Shown in pieces: positions 45,366 to 54,277 of a stretch of 64,000 nucleotides of DNA. The position numbers were made by a program, and so were the translations under genes. The notes beneath the pieces were generated by a model, which was not told the DNA's origin, made no database searches, and was given only the letters and a program-made list of their open reading frames with translations. The stretch is from Candidatus Sericytochromatia bacterium (GTDB lineage: Bacteria; Cyanobacteriota; Sericytochromatia; S15B-MN24; JAQBPE01): the NCBI GenBank assembly GCA_035285125.1, contig JAYKHR010000066.1, forward strand, positions 128,001-192,000, read 5' to 3'. Position 1 is the first letter of the stretch, and every line of letters starts with the position of its first letter.

Positions 45366-48221
45366 ATGGCTCGAACCGTGGAACCGAAGGACGCAGGCAC
45401 CCCCACCACCGCGCGGGACTACAAGGGCACCTTGAACCTGCCGCAGACGGACTTCCCCATGCGGGCGAACTCCGCCGAACGGGAGCCTGACTTTCAGCTT
45501 CGGTGGGACGAGATGGGTCTCTACAAGCGCATGCAGGACCGTCGTAGCAGCGCCCCGACCTTCATGCTCCATGACGGCCCCCCCTACCTCAGCTCGCCGA
45601 ACATCCACATCGGCCATGCCCTGAATCGCACGCTCAAGGACATCGTCGTCAAGTTCCGCTCCTTGTCCGGGCATCGGGCCCCGTTTGTGCCAGGCTACGA
45701 CTGCCACGGCTTGCCCATCGAACATGCCGTCCTCAAGGACGTGGAGGGCGGTCGGCACGCCATGAGCCCGGTGGAACTCCGAAACAAGTGCCGCTCCTTC
45801 GCCGAGCGAAACCTGGCGGGGCAGCAGTCGCGCTTCCGGCGTCTCGGCATCCTGGCGGACTGGGATCGGCCCTATCTCACGATGGACCCGGGTTTCGAGG
45901 CCCGGCAGGTCGAGGTTTTCGGTGAGATGGCCCAGAAGGGCTTCATCTACCGCGGCTTGAAGCCCGTTTACTGGTGCCCGACGTGCGAGACGGCCCTGGC
46001 CGAAGCCGAGATCGAGTACGTCGAGGAGTTTGCCTCGCCGAGCATCTACGTGAAGTTCCCGCTGAAAGCCACCAGCCAGATGATGGTGGGCAAGCTCGGC
46101 AGCCTTTCAGAGCCTGTGAACCTGGTCATCTGGACGACCACCCCCTGGACCCTGCCTGCCAACCTCGGGATTTCCGTGCATCCCCGAATGAAGTACGTGG
46201 TCCTTCGCACGGCCGGACACGGGTTGCTGATGCTCGCCAGGGACCTCGTCGAGGCCTTCGGTAAGGAGACCGGCATCTCTGGCGAACCCGTGGTGGAGTT
46301 CGTGGGGGCGGAGTTGGAGATGCTTCAGGCCCAGCACCCCTTCCTGCCCTCCCGGACCAGCCTTGTGTTGCTTGGGGAGCATGTGACGGCCGACGCCGGC
46401 ACCGGCCTCGTCCACACCGCTCCCGGTCACGGTGTCGAAGACTTCGAGGTTGGGCGCAAGTACCAGCTCCCGGTCTTCGCCCCCCTCAACGCCCAGGGGG
46501 TGTTCACGGAAGAGGCGGGAACCCTCGTGGCGGGCCTGCGCTACAGCAAGGCAAACCCGGTGGTGATCAAGCGGCTCGCCGACACCGGCTTCCTGCTCCA
46601 CGAGGGCACCCTGGTGCACGCCTACCCGCATTGCTGGCGCTGCCACAAGCCCGTCATCTACCGCGGGACCGAGCAGTGGTTCGCCTCGGTGGACGGGTTC
46701 CGCAAGGCCGCTCTTGAGGCCATTCACGACGTGCGCTGGATTCCAGCTTCCGGAGAGCGACGCATCGAGAACATGGTCGCGAACCGGTCAGACTGGTGCA
46801 TCTCGCGGCAGCGGACGTGGGGCGTCCCGATCCCCATCTTCTACTGCACCCACGACAACGAGCCGCTGCTGACGCCTGAATCCGTGCTGGCCGTCAAGAC
46901 GCGATTCGCCGCTGAGGGCTCGGATGCCTGGTGGACCCGCGACGTGGCGGACCTGCTGCCCCCCGGCGCGGCCTGCGCCCGGTGTGGCGGCACCTCCTTC
47001 CGGAAGGAACAGGACATCATGGACGTGTGGTTCGACTCTGGCAGCAGCCACGCGGCCGTGCTCGAGGCGCGGCCCGAGTTGTCGTGGCCGGCCGACCTTT
47101 ACCTGGAGGGCACCGACCAGTACCGTGGCTGGTTCCAGTCCTCGCTGCTGACCTCCGTCTCCACGCGGGGTACCGCGCCCTACCGGACGGTGGTCACCCA
47201 CGGCTTCGCCGTCGACGAGCACGGCCGCAAAATGTCCAAGTCGCTGGGTAACGTGGTCGAACCGGCCAAGGTGATCGACGCCTACGGCGCCGACATCCTG
47301 AGGCTCTGGGTGGCGTCGGTGGACTACACCAGTGACGTCCGGATTTCGGAGAACATCCTCAAGCAGATGGCCGAAATCTACCGAAAGATCCGCAACACGG
47401 CCCGGTTCGCCCTCAGCAACCTGTACGATTTCGAGCGCCAGCGGGACGCCGTCTCCGTCGGAGAGCTGCACGAGCTCGATCGGTACGCCCTGCATCGCCT
47501 CGGCGAGGTGGTCGGCGAACTCACGGGGGCGCTGGAGCGCTACGAGTTCTTCCAGTTCTACCAGCTGGTCCAGAACTATTGCGTGGTCGACCTCTCAAGC
47601 TTTTACTTCGACATCCGGAAGGATGCGCTCTATGCGGGCGCCGCCGACAGCCACACGCGCCGCTCCTGCCAGACGGTGCTCGATATCATCGTGCGCACGC
47701 TCGCTGTGACCGTCGCTCCTGTCCTCTCCCACCTGGCTGAAGACATCTGGCAGCACCTCCCCGCCGGTGCAAGGGGAGAGACGGAGAGCGTGTTCCTGAC
47801 GGACTGGCCGGAGGTGCCCGAGGCTTGGGTTGATCCGATCCTCAAGGCCCGCTGGGAGCAGGTCGCATCATGGCGTGTGGTGGCGCTCAAGGCCCTAGAG
47901 CAAGCGCGGCAGGCGAAGCTCATCGGCTCCGCGCTTGACGCAGCCGTGACGCTGTATCCACGTGAAGACGCGATGCGTTCGCACCTGCAGGCCCTCGGAC
48001 CGGCCATGTTGGCGCAAATCCTGATCGCTTCGGAGGTCAGCCTTGCGCCGGAGGGTGCCCCCCTGCCGGCTGAGGCCCCCTCGGAGGCTCCGCTGGCCGT
48101 GCGGGTCGAGCGGGCCTCCGGGCAAAAGTGCCAGCGGTGCTGGTGTTACTCGCAGAGCGTCGGCCGTCACGGGGCTCACCCCACGCTCTGTGACAGGTGC
48201 GTAGACGTGGTGGACGCCTGA
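45366..48221 (+). CDS. ileS: Isoleucyl-tRNA synthetase (type 1, C-terminal zinc finger)
   Basis: HIGH, WTTTPWTLP, GTGLVH.APGHG, WCISRQR.WG, KMSKS, CQRC...CDRC; TGtTACAAT box at 45321-45329. Confidence 0.97.
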   Translation: MARTVEPKDAGTPTTARDYKGTLNLPQTDFPMRANSAEREPDFQLRWDEMGLYKRMQDRRSSAPTFMLHDGPPYLSSPNIHIGHALNRTLKDIVVKFRSLSGHRAPFVPGYDCHGLPIEHAVLKDVEGGRHAMSPVELRNKCRSFAERNLAGQQSRFRRLGILADWDRPYLTMDPGFEARQVEVFGEMAQKGFIYRGLKPVYWCPTCETALAEAEIEYVEEFASPSIYVKFPLKATSQMMVGKLGSLSEPVNLVIWTTTPWTLPANLGISVHPRMKYVVLRTAGHGLLMLARDLVEAFGKETGISGEPVVEFVGAELEMLQAQHPFLPSRTSLVLLGEHVTADAGTGLVHTAPGHGVEDFEVGRKYQLPVFAPLNAQGVFTEEAGTLVAGLRYSKANPVVIKRLADTGFLLHEGTLVHAYPHCWRCHKPVIYRGTEQWFASVDGFRKAALEAIHDVRWIPASGERRIENMVANRSDWCISRQRTWGVPIPIFYCTHDNEPLLTPESVLAVKTRFAAEGSDAWWTRDVADLLPPGAACARCGGTSFRKEQDIMDVWFDSGSSHAAVLEARPELSWPADLYLEGTDQYRGWFQSSLLTSVSTRGTAPYRTVVTHGFAVDEHGRKMSKSLGNVVEPAKVIDAYGADILRLWVASVDYTSDVRISENILKQMAEIYRKIRNTARFALSNLYDFERQRDAVSVGELHELDRYALHRLGEVVGELTGALERYEFFQFYQLVQNYCVVDLSSFYFDIRKDALYAGAADSHTRRSCQTVLDIIVRTLAVTVAPVLSHLAEDIWQHLPAGARGETESVFLTDWPEVPEAWVDPILKARWEQVASWRVVALKALEQARQAKLIGSALDAAVTLYPREDAMRSHLQALGPAMLAQILIASEVSLAPEGAPLPAEAPSEAPLAVRVERASGQKCQRCWCYSQSVGRHGAHPTLCDRCVDVVDA

Positions 48222-48239
48222 CGTCCTCGGACGGAGCCC

Positions 48240-49766
48240 ATGAGCGAGGGTCGCAGCTGGCAGTTTTTTGGGGCGCCCCCGCCGCTCGGGGACGCAGACC
48301 ACCCGGCCGTGGCCTCCGACGTCGAGGATGAGGGCAGCCCCACCACCGTCGAGGGCTGGCTGCGGCGTGGCGACAGGGCCCTGGCAACTGGGGAGACTGA
48401 GACGGCCCTGGATGCATACTTCCAGGTGCTCCGCATTGAACCCGAGCACGTTGATGCGCGGTTCAACCTGGCTGTCATCAACCTGACTTGGGGGCATCAC
48501 GGCGATGCCATCACGCTGCTTCGGGGCATCCTGGCCTCGCGCCCGGATGACGCGGAGGCCCTCACGGCCCTGGGGTGGGCCCAGCTGTGGGATGGCCAGG
48601 CTGACGAGGCCGTTCGCACGTTCCGGCGCGTTCAGCTCAGCCAACCTCAGCACGCGCCCGCGCTGGTGGGACTCGGCTGGGCACATATGGCTAAAGACCC
48701 GCCCACCCTCGGGCGAGCTGCCGATGCGTTCGGCCGGGCCATCGCCCTTCGGACCGACGATCGCGAGGCCTACTACGGCCTGGCAACTGTCTGCGAGATG
48801 CGCGGGGATCCGGCCCAGGCCGTGCCCCTCCTGGAGGACGCCTTGCGGATGTGGCCCGACGACATGCGGGCTCACGAGAGCCTCGCTCGGATCCAGGAAC
48901 AAATGGGGCAGTGGGAGGCCGCCGCTTACCACCTGATGCAGTTGGCCCACGCCAGGCCCGGCGACGACCACCTCGACCGCCGCATCGCTTCGCTCTTCAC
49001 GGCCAACGGTGCGCACGACAGAGCCGCCGTGTTCTGGCGTAAAGTGGCAAGGGCTCACCCTGAGGACCGGCAGGCATCCCAGGCCCTCGGCGAGATCCTG
49101 CTCGCCGTGGAGCGTGTGGACGAAGCCCTCGAGGCCTTCGACGCCATCCTCGTCCGCGATCCGCAGGCCGCGTCAGCGCTTGCGGGGCGCGGCCTGGCCT
49201 GCTTCCGGGCCGGCCGCTGGGGTGAAGCCGCGGAGGCCTTCTTGCAAGCCTCCAAGCGCGAGCCACTCTGCGGCGATCACCCCTACAACCTCGGCCAGGC
49301 CTACATGGAGCTCGGGGAGCATGAGCAGGCGCTGTGGGCCTTCCAACGTGCGCTCCGGCTGGACCCGACGCTAGTGGATGCCCGAGTGGGGTTGGGCTGG
49401 GCTTGCCTCGAGCAGGGACGGCCTGAGACCGCTCGGGACACGTTTCAGGCTGCGTTGGCGTCGGCACCCGGCCACGCAGCCGCGTCGGATGGACTGGCCA
49501 CCTGCCTCTGGCGGCTCGGGGCCATCGACGAGGCCATCGCCACGCTGGAGCCGCTGGTGAGCAGCCCGGACCCAGATGCCGCCGCGCTGAGCTTCAAGCT
49601 GGGTATGATCTACGAGGCGCTGGGGCGGAGCGACGATGCTGAGCACCTGCTTCGCGTCGCGTTGGCTCGTGGGGTCAAGGATATCAGGCTCACCGAGGCC
49701 CTTGCGCGCCTTGCAGAGCCCGAGAGCGTCCACTTGGCCCCCCGCACGCAGGAGCAGCAGCCTTGA
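48240..49766 (+). CDS. Tetratricopeptide repeat protein
   Basis: About 12 TPR units (ARFNLAVI, ALTALGWAQ, YNLGQAY..LG...A...FQRALRLDP). Confidence 0.85.
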   Translation: MSEGRSWQFFGAPPPLGDADHPAVASDVEDEGSPTTVEGWLRRGDRALATGETETALDAYFQVLRIEPEHVDARFNLAVINLTWGHHGDAITLLRGILASRPDDAEALTALGWAQLWDGQADEAVRTFRRVQLSQPQHAPALVGLGWAHMAKDPPTLGRAADAFGRAIALRTDDREAYYGLATVCEMRGDPAQAVPLLEDALRMWPDDMRAHESLARIQEQMGQWEAAAYHLMQLAHARPGDDHLDRRIASLFTANGAHDRAAVFWRKVARAHPEDRQASQALGEILLAVERVDEALEAFDAILVRDPQAASALAGRGLACFRAGRWGEAAEAFLQASKREPLCGDHPYNLGQAYMELGEHEQALWAFQRALRLDPTLVDARVGLGWACLEQGRPETARDTFQAALASAPGHAAASDGLATCLWRLGAIDEAIATLEPLVSSPDPDAAALSFKLGMIYEALGRSDDAEHLLRVALARGVKDIRLTEALARLAEPESVHLAPRTQEQQP

Positions 49767-49975
49767 CTGACCCCAGCCGGATGGAGGAAATCGACGTGGC
49801 AATCTCCGCGACAGGAGAGGTCACGTTGGGCGTGAGGGGCGTGAGCGGCGGGGCTTGCCTGGACCTGACGCGGGACCTCGAGGCGCGTCTCGGCACGGTG
49901 GCCTCGCGCGAGCACACCGCCGACTTCTACCAGACCGTCGAGCAACCCCAGCAACAATGGAACATCGGAGGCTGA
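49763..49975 (+). CDS. DUF2997 protein
   Basis: I...I..TGEV...V.GV.G.AC..LT..LE..LG.V..RE.T.DFY; TTGA overlap with the TPR gene (alternative ATG 49781). Confidence 0.82.
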   Translation: MTDPSRMEEIDVAISATGEVTLGVRGVSGGACLDLTRDLEARLGTVASREHTADFYQTVEQPQQQWNIGG

Positions 49976-49986
49976 GCCCGCACGCC

Positions 49987-50547
49987 ATGCGTCGCATCGA
50001 GATCCACCATCGTGAGTCCGGCGCTCTCTTGTTCGCGCACGAAGCCAGCGACGGTCGAGTCGCGACGGCCCTGGAGGCCGCGGCCCGCCAGCAAGCGGAT
50101 CTGACGGGTGCCGACCTGGCCGAGGAGAACCTGGCCGGCGTCGCCGTCGCGGGGATCCGACTGGCGGGCGCGGACCTGTCAGGCGTCAACCTGGCCGGGG
50201 CCGTGTTGGCCGGCGCCTCGCTCGTGGGGATCGACCTGTCAGAGGCCAATCTGGCCGGGGCCGACCTGTCGGAGGCCAACATGGAGGCTGCCGACCTGTC
50301 GGAAGCGAACCTCGCCGGGGCGAACATGGCCCGGGCCATGCTTCACGCGGCGGACCTTGCAGAGGCGAACCTGGCAGGCGCCAACTTGCAGGGGGCAATG
50401 CTCAAGCTCGCAGACCTCTCCGAGGCCAACGTCGCGGGGACGGACCTCCGGGCCGCCGTGATGACGGCGGCAGATGTCGAGGGTGCGAACTTGCGTGCTG
50501 CCCTTCTGGAAGGGGCCATTGACGCCCCCGAACTTGGACCAGCCTGA
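49987..50547 (+). CDS. Pentapeptide repeat protein
   Basis: Long run of A(D/N)LxG-type repeats (ADLSEANLAGA...). Confidence 0.9.
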   Translation: MRRIEIHHRESGALLFAHEASDGRVATALEAAARQQADLTGADLAEENLAGVAVAGIRLAGADLSGVNLAGAVLAGASLVGIDLSEANLAGADLSEANMEAADLSEANLAGANMARAMLHAADLAEANLAGANLQGAMLKLADLSEANVAGTDLRAAVMTAADVEGANLRAALLEGAIDAPELGPA

Positions 50548-50579
50548 GTAGCCACCCGGCCAAGGGGCGGCAGCGGGCC

Positions 50580-51365
50580 TCAGGCCGGGACGCCCAATCG
50601 CGCCATGCGGGCCTGATACGCAAGCTTCGCGTGGTCCACGAAGTGCTGAAACAGGCCCATAAACTCCGGGTAGCTCGCGGCCAGGTTCTCGGGGTGCCAC
50701 TGCACGGCCATACGCGCGGGGTGATCCAGGGCTTCGATCCCCTCGACCAAGCCATCGGGGCTCCATGCGCAGGCCTTGAGCCCCTCGCCGAGGTCCTTGA
50801 CACCCTGATGATGCAGGGAGTTGACGGCGATGACCTTGGGAAGGATGGCGCCCAGTTTGGAATCCGGGTCCACCTTCATCGGGTGCACGGCCTTGTATCG
50901 ATGATCCCTCTGGGAGTGGTGCACGTGGCTTGGACGCTGGCTGGGAAGGTCCTGCCACAGGGTTCCCCCGAGCGCCACGTTGATCAGCTGCAACCCGCGG
51001 CAAACGCCGAGCACTGGCAGTGAGGTCTGATGCCAGACGTGTCGAAACAGCGCCAATTCGAAGGAATCCCGCTCCATGTCGAGGTCGCCGAGCAGGGGGT
51101 GGTGGCTTTCGTTGTATTCCTTCGGGTTGATGTCGACCCCACCGCTGAACAGGATGCCGTCCAGCGAAGCGACCATACCCGGCACCAGATCCTCGGCCAC
51201 TGGCGGGATAAACACGGGAATGGCACCGGCCAAGATGACCGCCTTGCAGTAATCCTGCGAGATGAGATACAGGGGCGGCTTGACGCCGAACCCGCCAAAG
51301 TCGCTGCTGGAGGCGTTGGAGGACATTCCCTCACTGTTGCCGGTGATCCCGATGAAGACAGCCAA
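50580..51365 (-). CDS. Gamma-glutamyl-gamma-aminobutyrate hydrolase family (peptidase C26, PuuD-like)
   Basis: LDGILFSGG.DI.P..Y, LGVCRGLQLINVALGGTL, VNSLHHQ, VQWHPE; GAGGT RBS before TTG 51365. Confidence 0.9.
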   Translation of the reverse strand: MAVFIGITGNSEGMSSNASSSDFGGFGVKPPLYLISQDYCKAVILAGAIPVFIPPVAEDLVPGMVASLDGILFSGGVDINPKEYNESHHPLLGDLDMERDSFELALFRHVWHQTSLPVLGVCRGLQLINVALGGTLWQDLPSQRPSHVHHSQRDHRYKAVHPMKVDPDSKLGAILPKVIAVNSLHHQGVKDLGEGLKACAWSPDGLVEGIEALDHPARMAVQWHPENLAASYPEFMGLFQHFVDHAKLAYQARMARLGVPA

Positions 51366-51525
51366 GACGCACCTCGTTCCCGGTAGGCTGCTGACTATAT
51401 ACCCTGCCGAGGACCACTTGACCAGTTCAACCTGGCTGAAAGACAGTCCCCGTGCTGCATTCCCTGAACCTGAACCTCCGTCCCGAGCCCGGGGTATGAT
51501 GGGACCATCTCTGGGAGGTGCCACC

Positions 51526-51780
51526 ATGCCCACGCCCGACGAAAGGGCCGCGCAACAACGACGGTTGCGGTCCAGCATCAAGGCCCGGGAGGACGAGGCG
51601 ATGGCCAAGTTTCGCGCCATCATCGCCGACACCAGCTTCGATCTCGACCCCTTGTGCGTCTACGTCTTGATGGAAAAACTCCGCGGCATGGACAACAGCG
51701 CAGGCATCCCGGAGCGCAGCTACAAAAAGGCCGAGCAGATGTTACGCGTGCTGGGCCTCGGCAAGCACTGGGGCGAGTGA
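51526..51780 (+). CDS. Small hypothetical protein
   Basis: GGGAGGT RBS, TATGAT box upstream, protein-like composition. Confidence 0.6.
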   Translation: MPTPDERAAQQRRLRSSIKAREDEAMAKFRAIIADTSFDLDPLCVYVLMEKLRGMDNSAGIPERSYKKAEQMLRVLGLGKHWGE

Positions 51781-51781
51781 G

Positions 51782-52249
51782 CTACCGCAGCGGCGGACAG
51801 GCCATCTTGGTCGACACGACGGCCAACCCCGACAGCCCAACGATCTCGGCCGCAGCCGTCCCCTCGGCGGCGGCGGAGGCGCGGTTGCAGTCATCCGCGG
51901 CCATGCCTGCCACCACCACCCGGTAGCGCTCTCCAATCGAGACGCTGCGGGAAGGGAGGACCAGACCGCGGGCCAGTTCGTCCCGCGAGACAAAGGTCTC
52001 TTCAGGGGTGGCTGTCCCCGCGGCCTCGCGGCTCAGTTGCTCCGCGTCGTAAATGGCGACGGTGATTTGCTTTTTGTTGCTGAAAGCCGCAGCGTCGAGC
52101 GTCAGGCGAAAGGTCACGGTGGGCTGGCTGCCAGCCCCCTGGCTGCCCCCGCTCGGCGATGCGGCTGTCCGCACGCCTTGCCCCGTGTTGCATGCGAGCA
52201 GCAGCACGGCGGCCGCGCCCAGCACGCTTACCAACAACCCAGAAGCCAT
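51782..52249 (-). CDS. Hypothetical lipoprotein
   Basis: AAGGAGG RBS; lipobox LLLAC; beta-rich domain with two further Cys. Confidence 0.65.
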   Translation of the reverse strand: MASGLLVSVLGAAAVLLLACNTGQGVRTAASPSGGSQGAGSQPTVTFRLTLDAAAFSNKKQITVAIYDAEQLSREAAGTATPEETFVSRDELARGLVLPSRSVSIGERYRVVVAGMAADDCNRASAAAEGTAAAEIVGLSGLAVVSTKMACPPLR

Positions 52250-52319
52250 GGCAACTTCCTCCTTCGCCCCGCCCAGCATCCCACGCCCCGAGGCGCACCG
52301 CATCAGGCGGCCGGGTCGA

Positions 52320-53237
52320 TCAGCGTTTCAGCTTTGGGTCCAGGGCGTCGCGCAGGCCGTCACCCACATAGTTCACGCTGACGATGGTCAGGAAGATCAG
52401 CAACCCGGGGTAGACGGCAAGCCAGGGCGTGTCGATCATGTACTGCTGGGCGTTGGTCAGCATGTTGCCCCAAGTCGGCACAGGGGGCTGGATGCCGAAG
52501 CCCAGGAACGACAGGGCAGACTCCATCATGATGGCGTCCGCGACCCCCAGCGTGGTCGCCACGAAGATCGGCGCCATGGCGTTCGGAAGCATGTGCCGCA
52601 CGATGATGCGCTGGTCGTCCATGCCCTGCGCCCGCGCCGCCTCGACGTACTCCTGCTCGCGGATCGTCAGGAACTCGCCGCGCACCAGCCGCGAGACCGT
52701 CATCCACCCGGTGATGCCCAGGATGAAGATGATGATGCCGATCTGGCCGCCCGGGAAGGCGTTGGCCTTGAGGAAGGTCGACAGGACCATCATGAGCATC
52801 AAGACGGGCACAGCCAGCATGACATCCGCCACGCGCATCACCACGCCGTCCATCAGCTTCCCATAGAAGCCGGCGACGGCCCCCAGGGTCGCCCCGATGA
52901 GGACCCCCACAACGGCCGCCGCGAGGCCGACGGTCAACGATGTGCGTCCGGCCGTCAGGAGCCTCACGAGGGTGTCCTGTCCCAACTCGTCGGTCCCCAG
53001 CGGGTGCGCGAAGGAGAAGGCCTCCTTGGTGTGCTCCAGGTCGAGGTCGTCAAAGCCGTAGGGGATGAGCGCCGGGCCAAGCCAGCAGGCCAGGACGAGC
53101 AGCAGCAGCACCAACAGTCCGGCCATCGCCAGCTTGTGGCGCCTGAAGCGACGCCAGACGCCCTGCCAGTATGGCTCCGCGGTGTCAGCCAGGACCTGGG
53201 TTGCAGCGCCGGTCCCCTCTGCGGTGGTCATGGGCAC
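52320..53237 (-). CDS. Peptide ABC transporter permease (OppC/AppC-like)
   Basis: HPLGTDELG.D, EYVEAARAQG, RHMLPN, ESALSFLGFG...P.PTWG, GDGLRDALDP. Confidence 0.93.
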   Translation of the reverse strand: MPMTTAEGTGAATQVLADTAEPYWQGVWRRFRRHKLAMAGLLVLLLLVLACWLGPALIPYGFDDLDLEHTKEAFSFAHPLGTDELGQDTLVRLLTAGRTSLTVGLAAAVVGVLIGATLGAVAGFYGKLMDGVVMRVADVMLAVPVLMLMMVLSTFLKANAFPGGQIGIIIFILGITGWMTVSRLVRGEFLTIREQEYVEAARAQGMDDQRIIVRHMLPNAMAPIFVATTLGVADAIMMESALSFLGFGIQPPVPTWGNMLTNAQQYMIDTPWLAVYPGLLIFLTIVSVNYVGDGLRDALDPKLKR

Positions 53238-53244
53238 GCCTCCC

Positions 53245-54273
53245 TCAGTTGAACCGGATGCGGGGATCGAGCGCCGCGTAAAGCACGTCCGCCAGCAGGT
53301 TGCTCAGCACCACCAGGGCCGCGGAGATAAACATCACGGCCATCACCACGGGGTAGTCGGACTTGGTCAGCGAGTCGATGAAGAGCCGGCCCACCCCGGG
53401 CCAGGCAAAAATTTGTTCGGTGATGAGCGCGCCCGCGAACAGCGAGGGCAAGGCCAACGCCACGAGCGTGACCACCGGAATCAGCGCATTCCGCAGGGCG
53501 TGTTTGCCCACCACCACGCGCTCAGACAGGCCCTTGGCACGCGCCATTCGCACGTAATCCATCCGCACGACCTCCAGCATGCTGGAGCGGGCGTAGCGAG
53601 ACCAGGAGGCGATGCTGACGATGCTCAACACGGCGACCGGGAGCACCATGTGTGCCGCGAGGTCCAGCCAGGCGCCAACCGCAGGCGCACTAAAGAGGGC
53701 TCCAAGGGTGCCTTCGTGCTCGGCGCTGAACATCCCGGCGGCGGGCAGCCAGTGGCCCGTCGAAACCGTCTGCCCCCCCAGCGTGAAGGTGTAGTCGTTG
53801 GCGGCAAAGACCATCATCAGGAGGATGCCGAACCAGAACGTGGGCATCGAGTATCCGAAGAAGGCAAAGGTCGTGACCCCGTAGTCGAACAGGCTGTACT
53901 GCCGGATGGCTGAAATGACGCCAAAGGCGACGCCGAGCAGCACGCTGATCACGAGCGAAGAGCCCATCAGCAACACGGTGTTCGGAATGCGCTCCCAGAG
54001 CATCTCGGCCACGGGGCGCCCAGTGAACAGTGAGACGCCGAGGTTGCCCTGGACGAGCTGCCACAGCCACTTCGCGTAAGCCACGTACCAGGGCGCGTTC
54101 AGTCCCATCTGCTCCCGGATGCGGGCGAGGTCCTCAGCCCGCACGTGGGGGTTCTGGCCGTAGACCGCCTCGGGCCCACCGGGCGCCAGACGCATCAGCC
54201 CGTACAGAATCAGGGACACGCCGATCAGCAGAGGCAGCGAGACCAACAGGCGCCGCAGCAGGTAACGACCCAT
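53245..54273 (-). CDS. Peptide ABC transporter permease (OppB/AppB-like)
   Basis: YLLRRL, APGGP, DYVRMARAKGL, HALRNALIP, TEQIFAWPGVG, DPRI. Confidence 0.93.
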   Translation of the reverse strand: MGRYLLRRLLVSLPLLIGVSLILYGLMRLAPGGPEAVYGQNPHVRAEDLARIREQMGLNAPWYVAYAKWLWQLVQGNLGVSLFTGRPVAEMLWERIPNTVLLMGSSLVISVLLGVAFGVISAIRQYSLFDYGVTTFAFFGYSMPTFWFGILLMMVFAANDYTFTLGGQTVSTGHWLPAAGMFSAEHEGTLGALFSAPAVGAWLDLAAHMVLPVAVLSIVSIASWSRYARSSMLEVVRMDYVRMARAKGLSERVVVGKHALRNALIPVVTLVALALPSLFAGALITEQIFAWPGVGRLFIDSLTKSDYPVVMAVMFISAALVVLSNLLADVLYAALDPRIRFN

Positions 54274-54277
54274 CCGG

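Noticed and set aside
50095..50510. 15/30-bp periodic DNA repeats that could suggest a CRISPR or other repeat array
   Set aside because: They are degenerate in-frame codon repeats of the pentapeptide protein, with no unique spacers and no cas genes.
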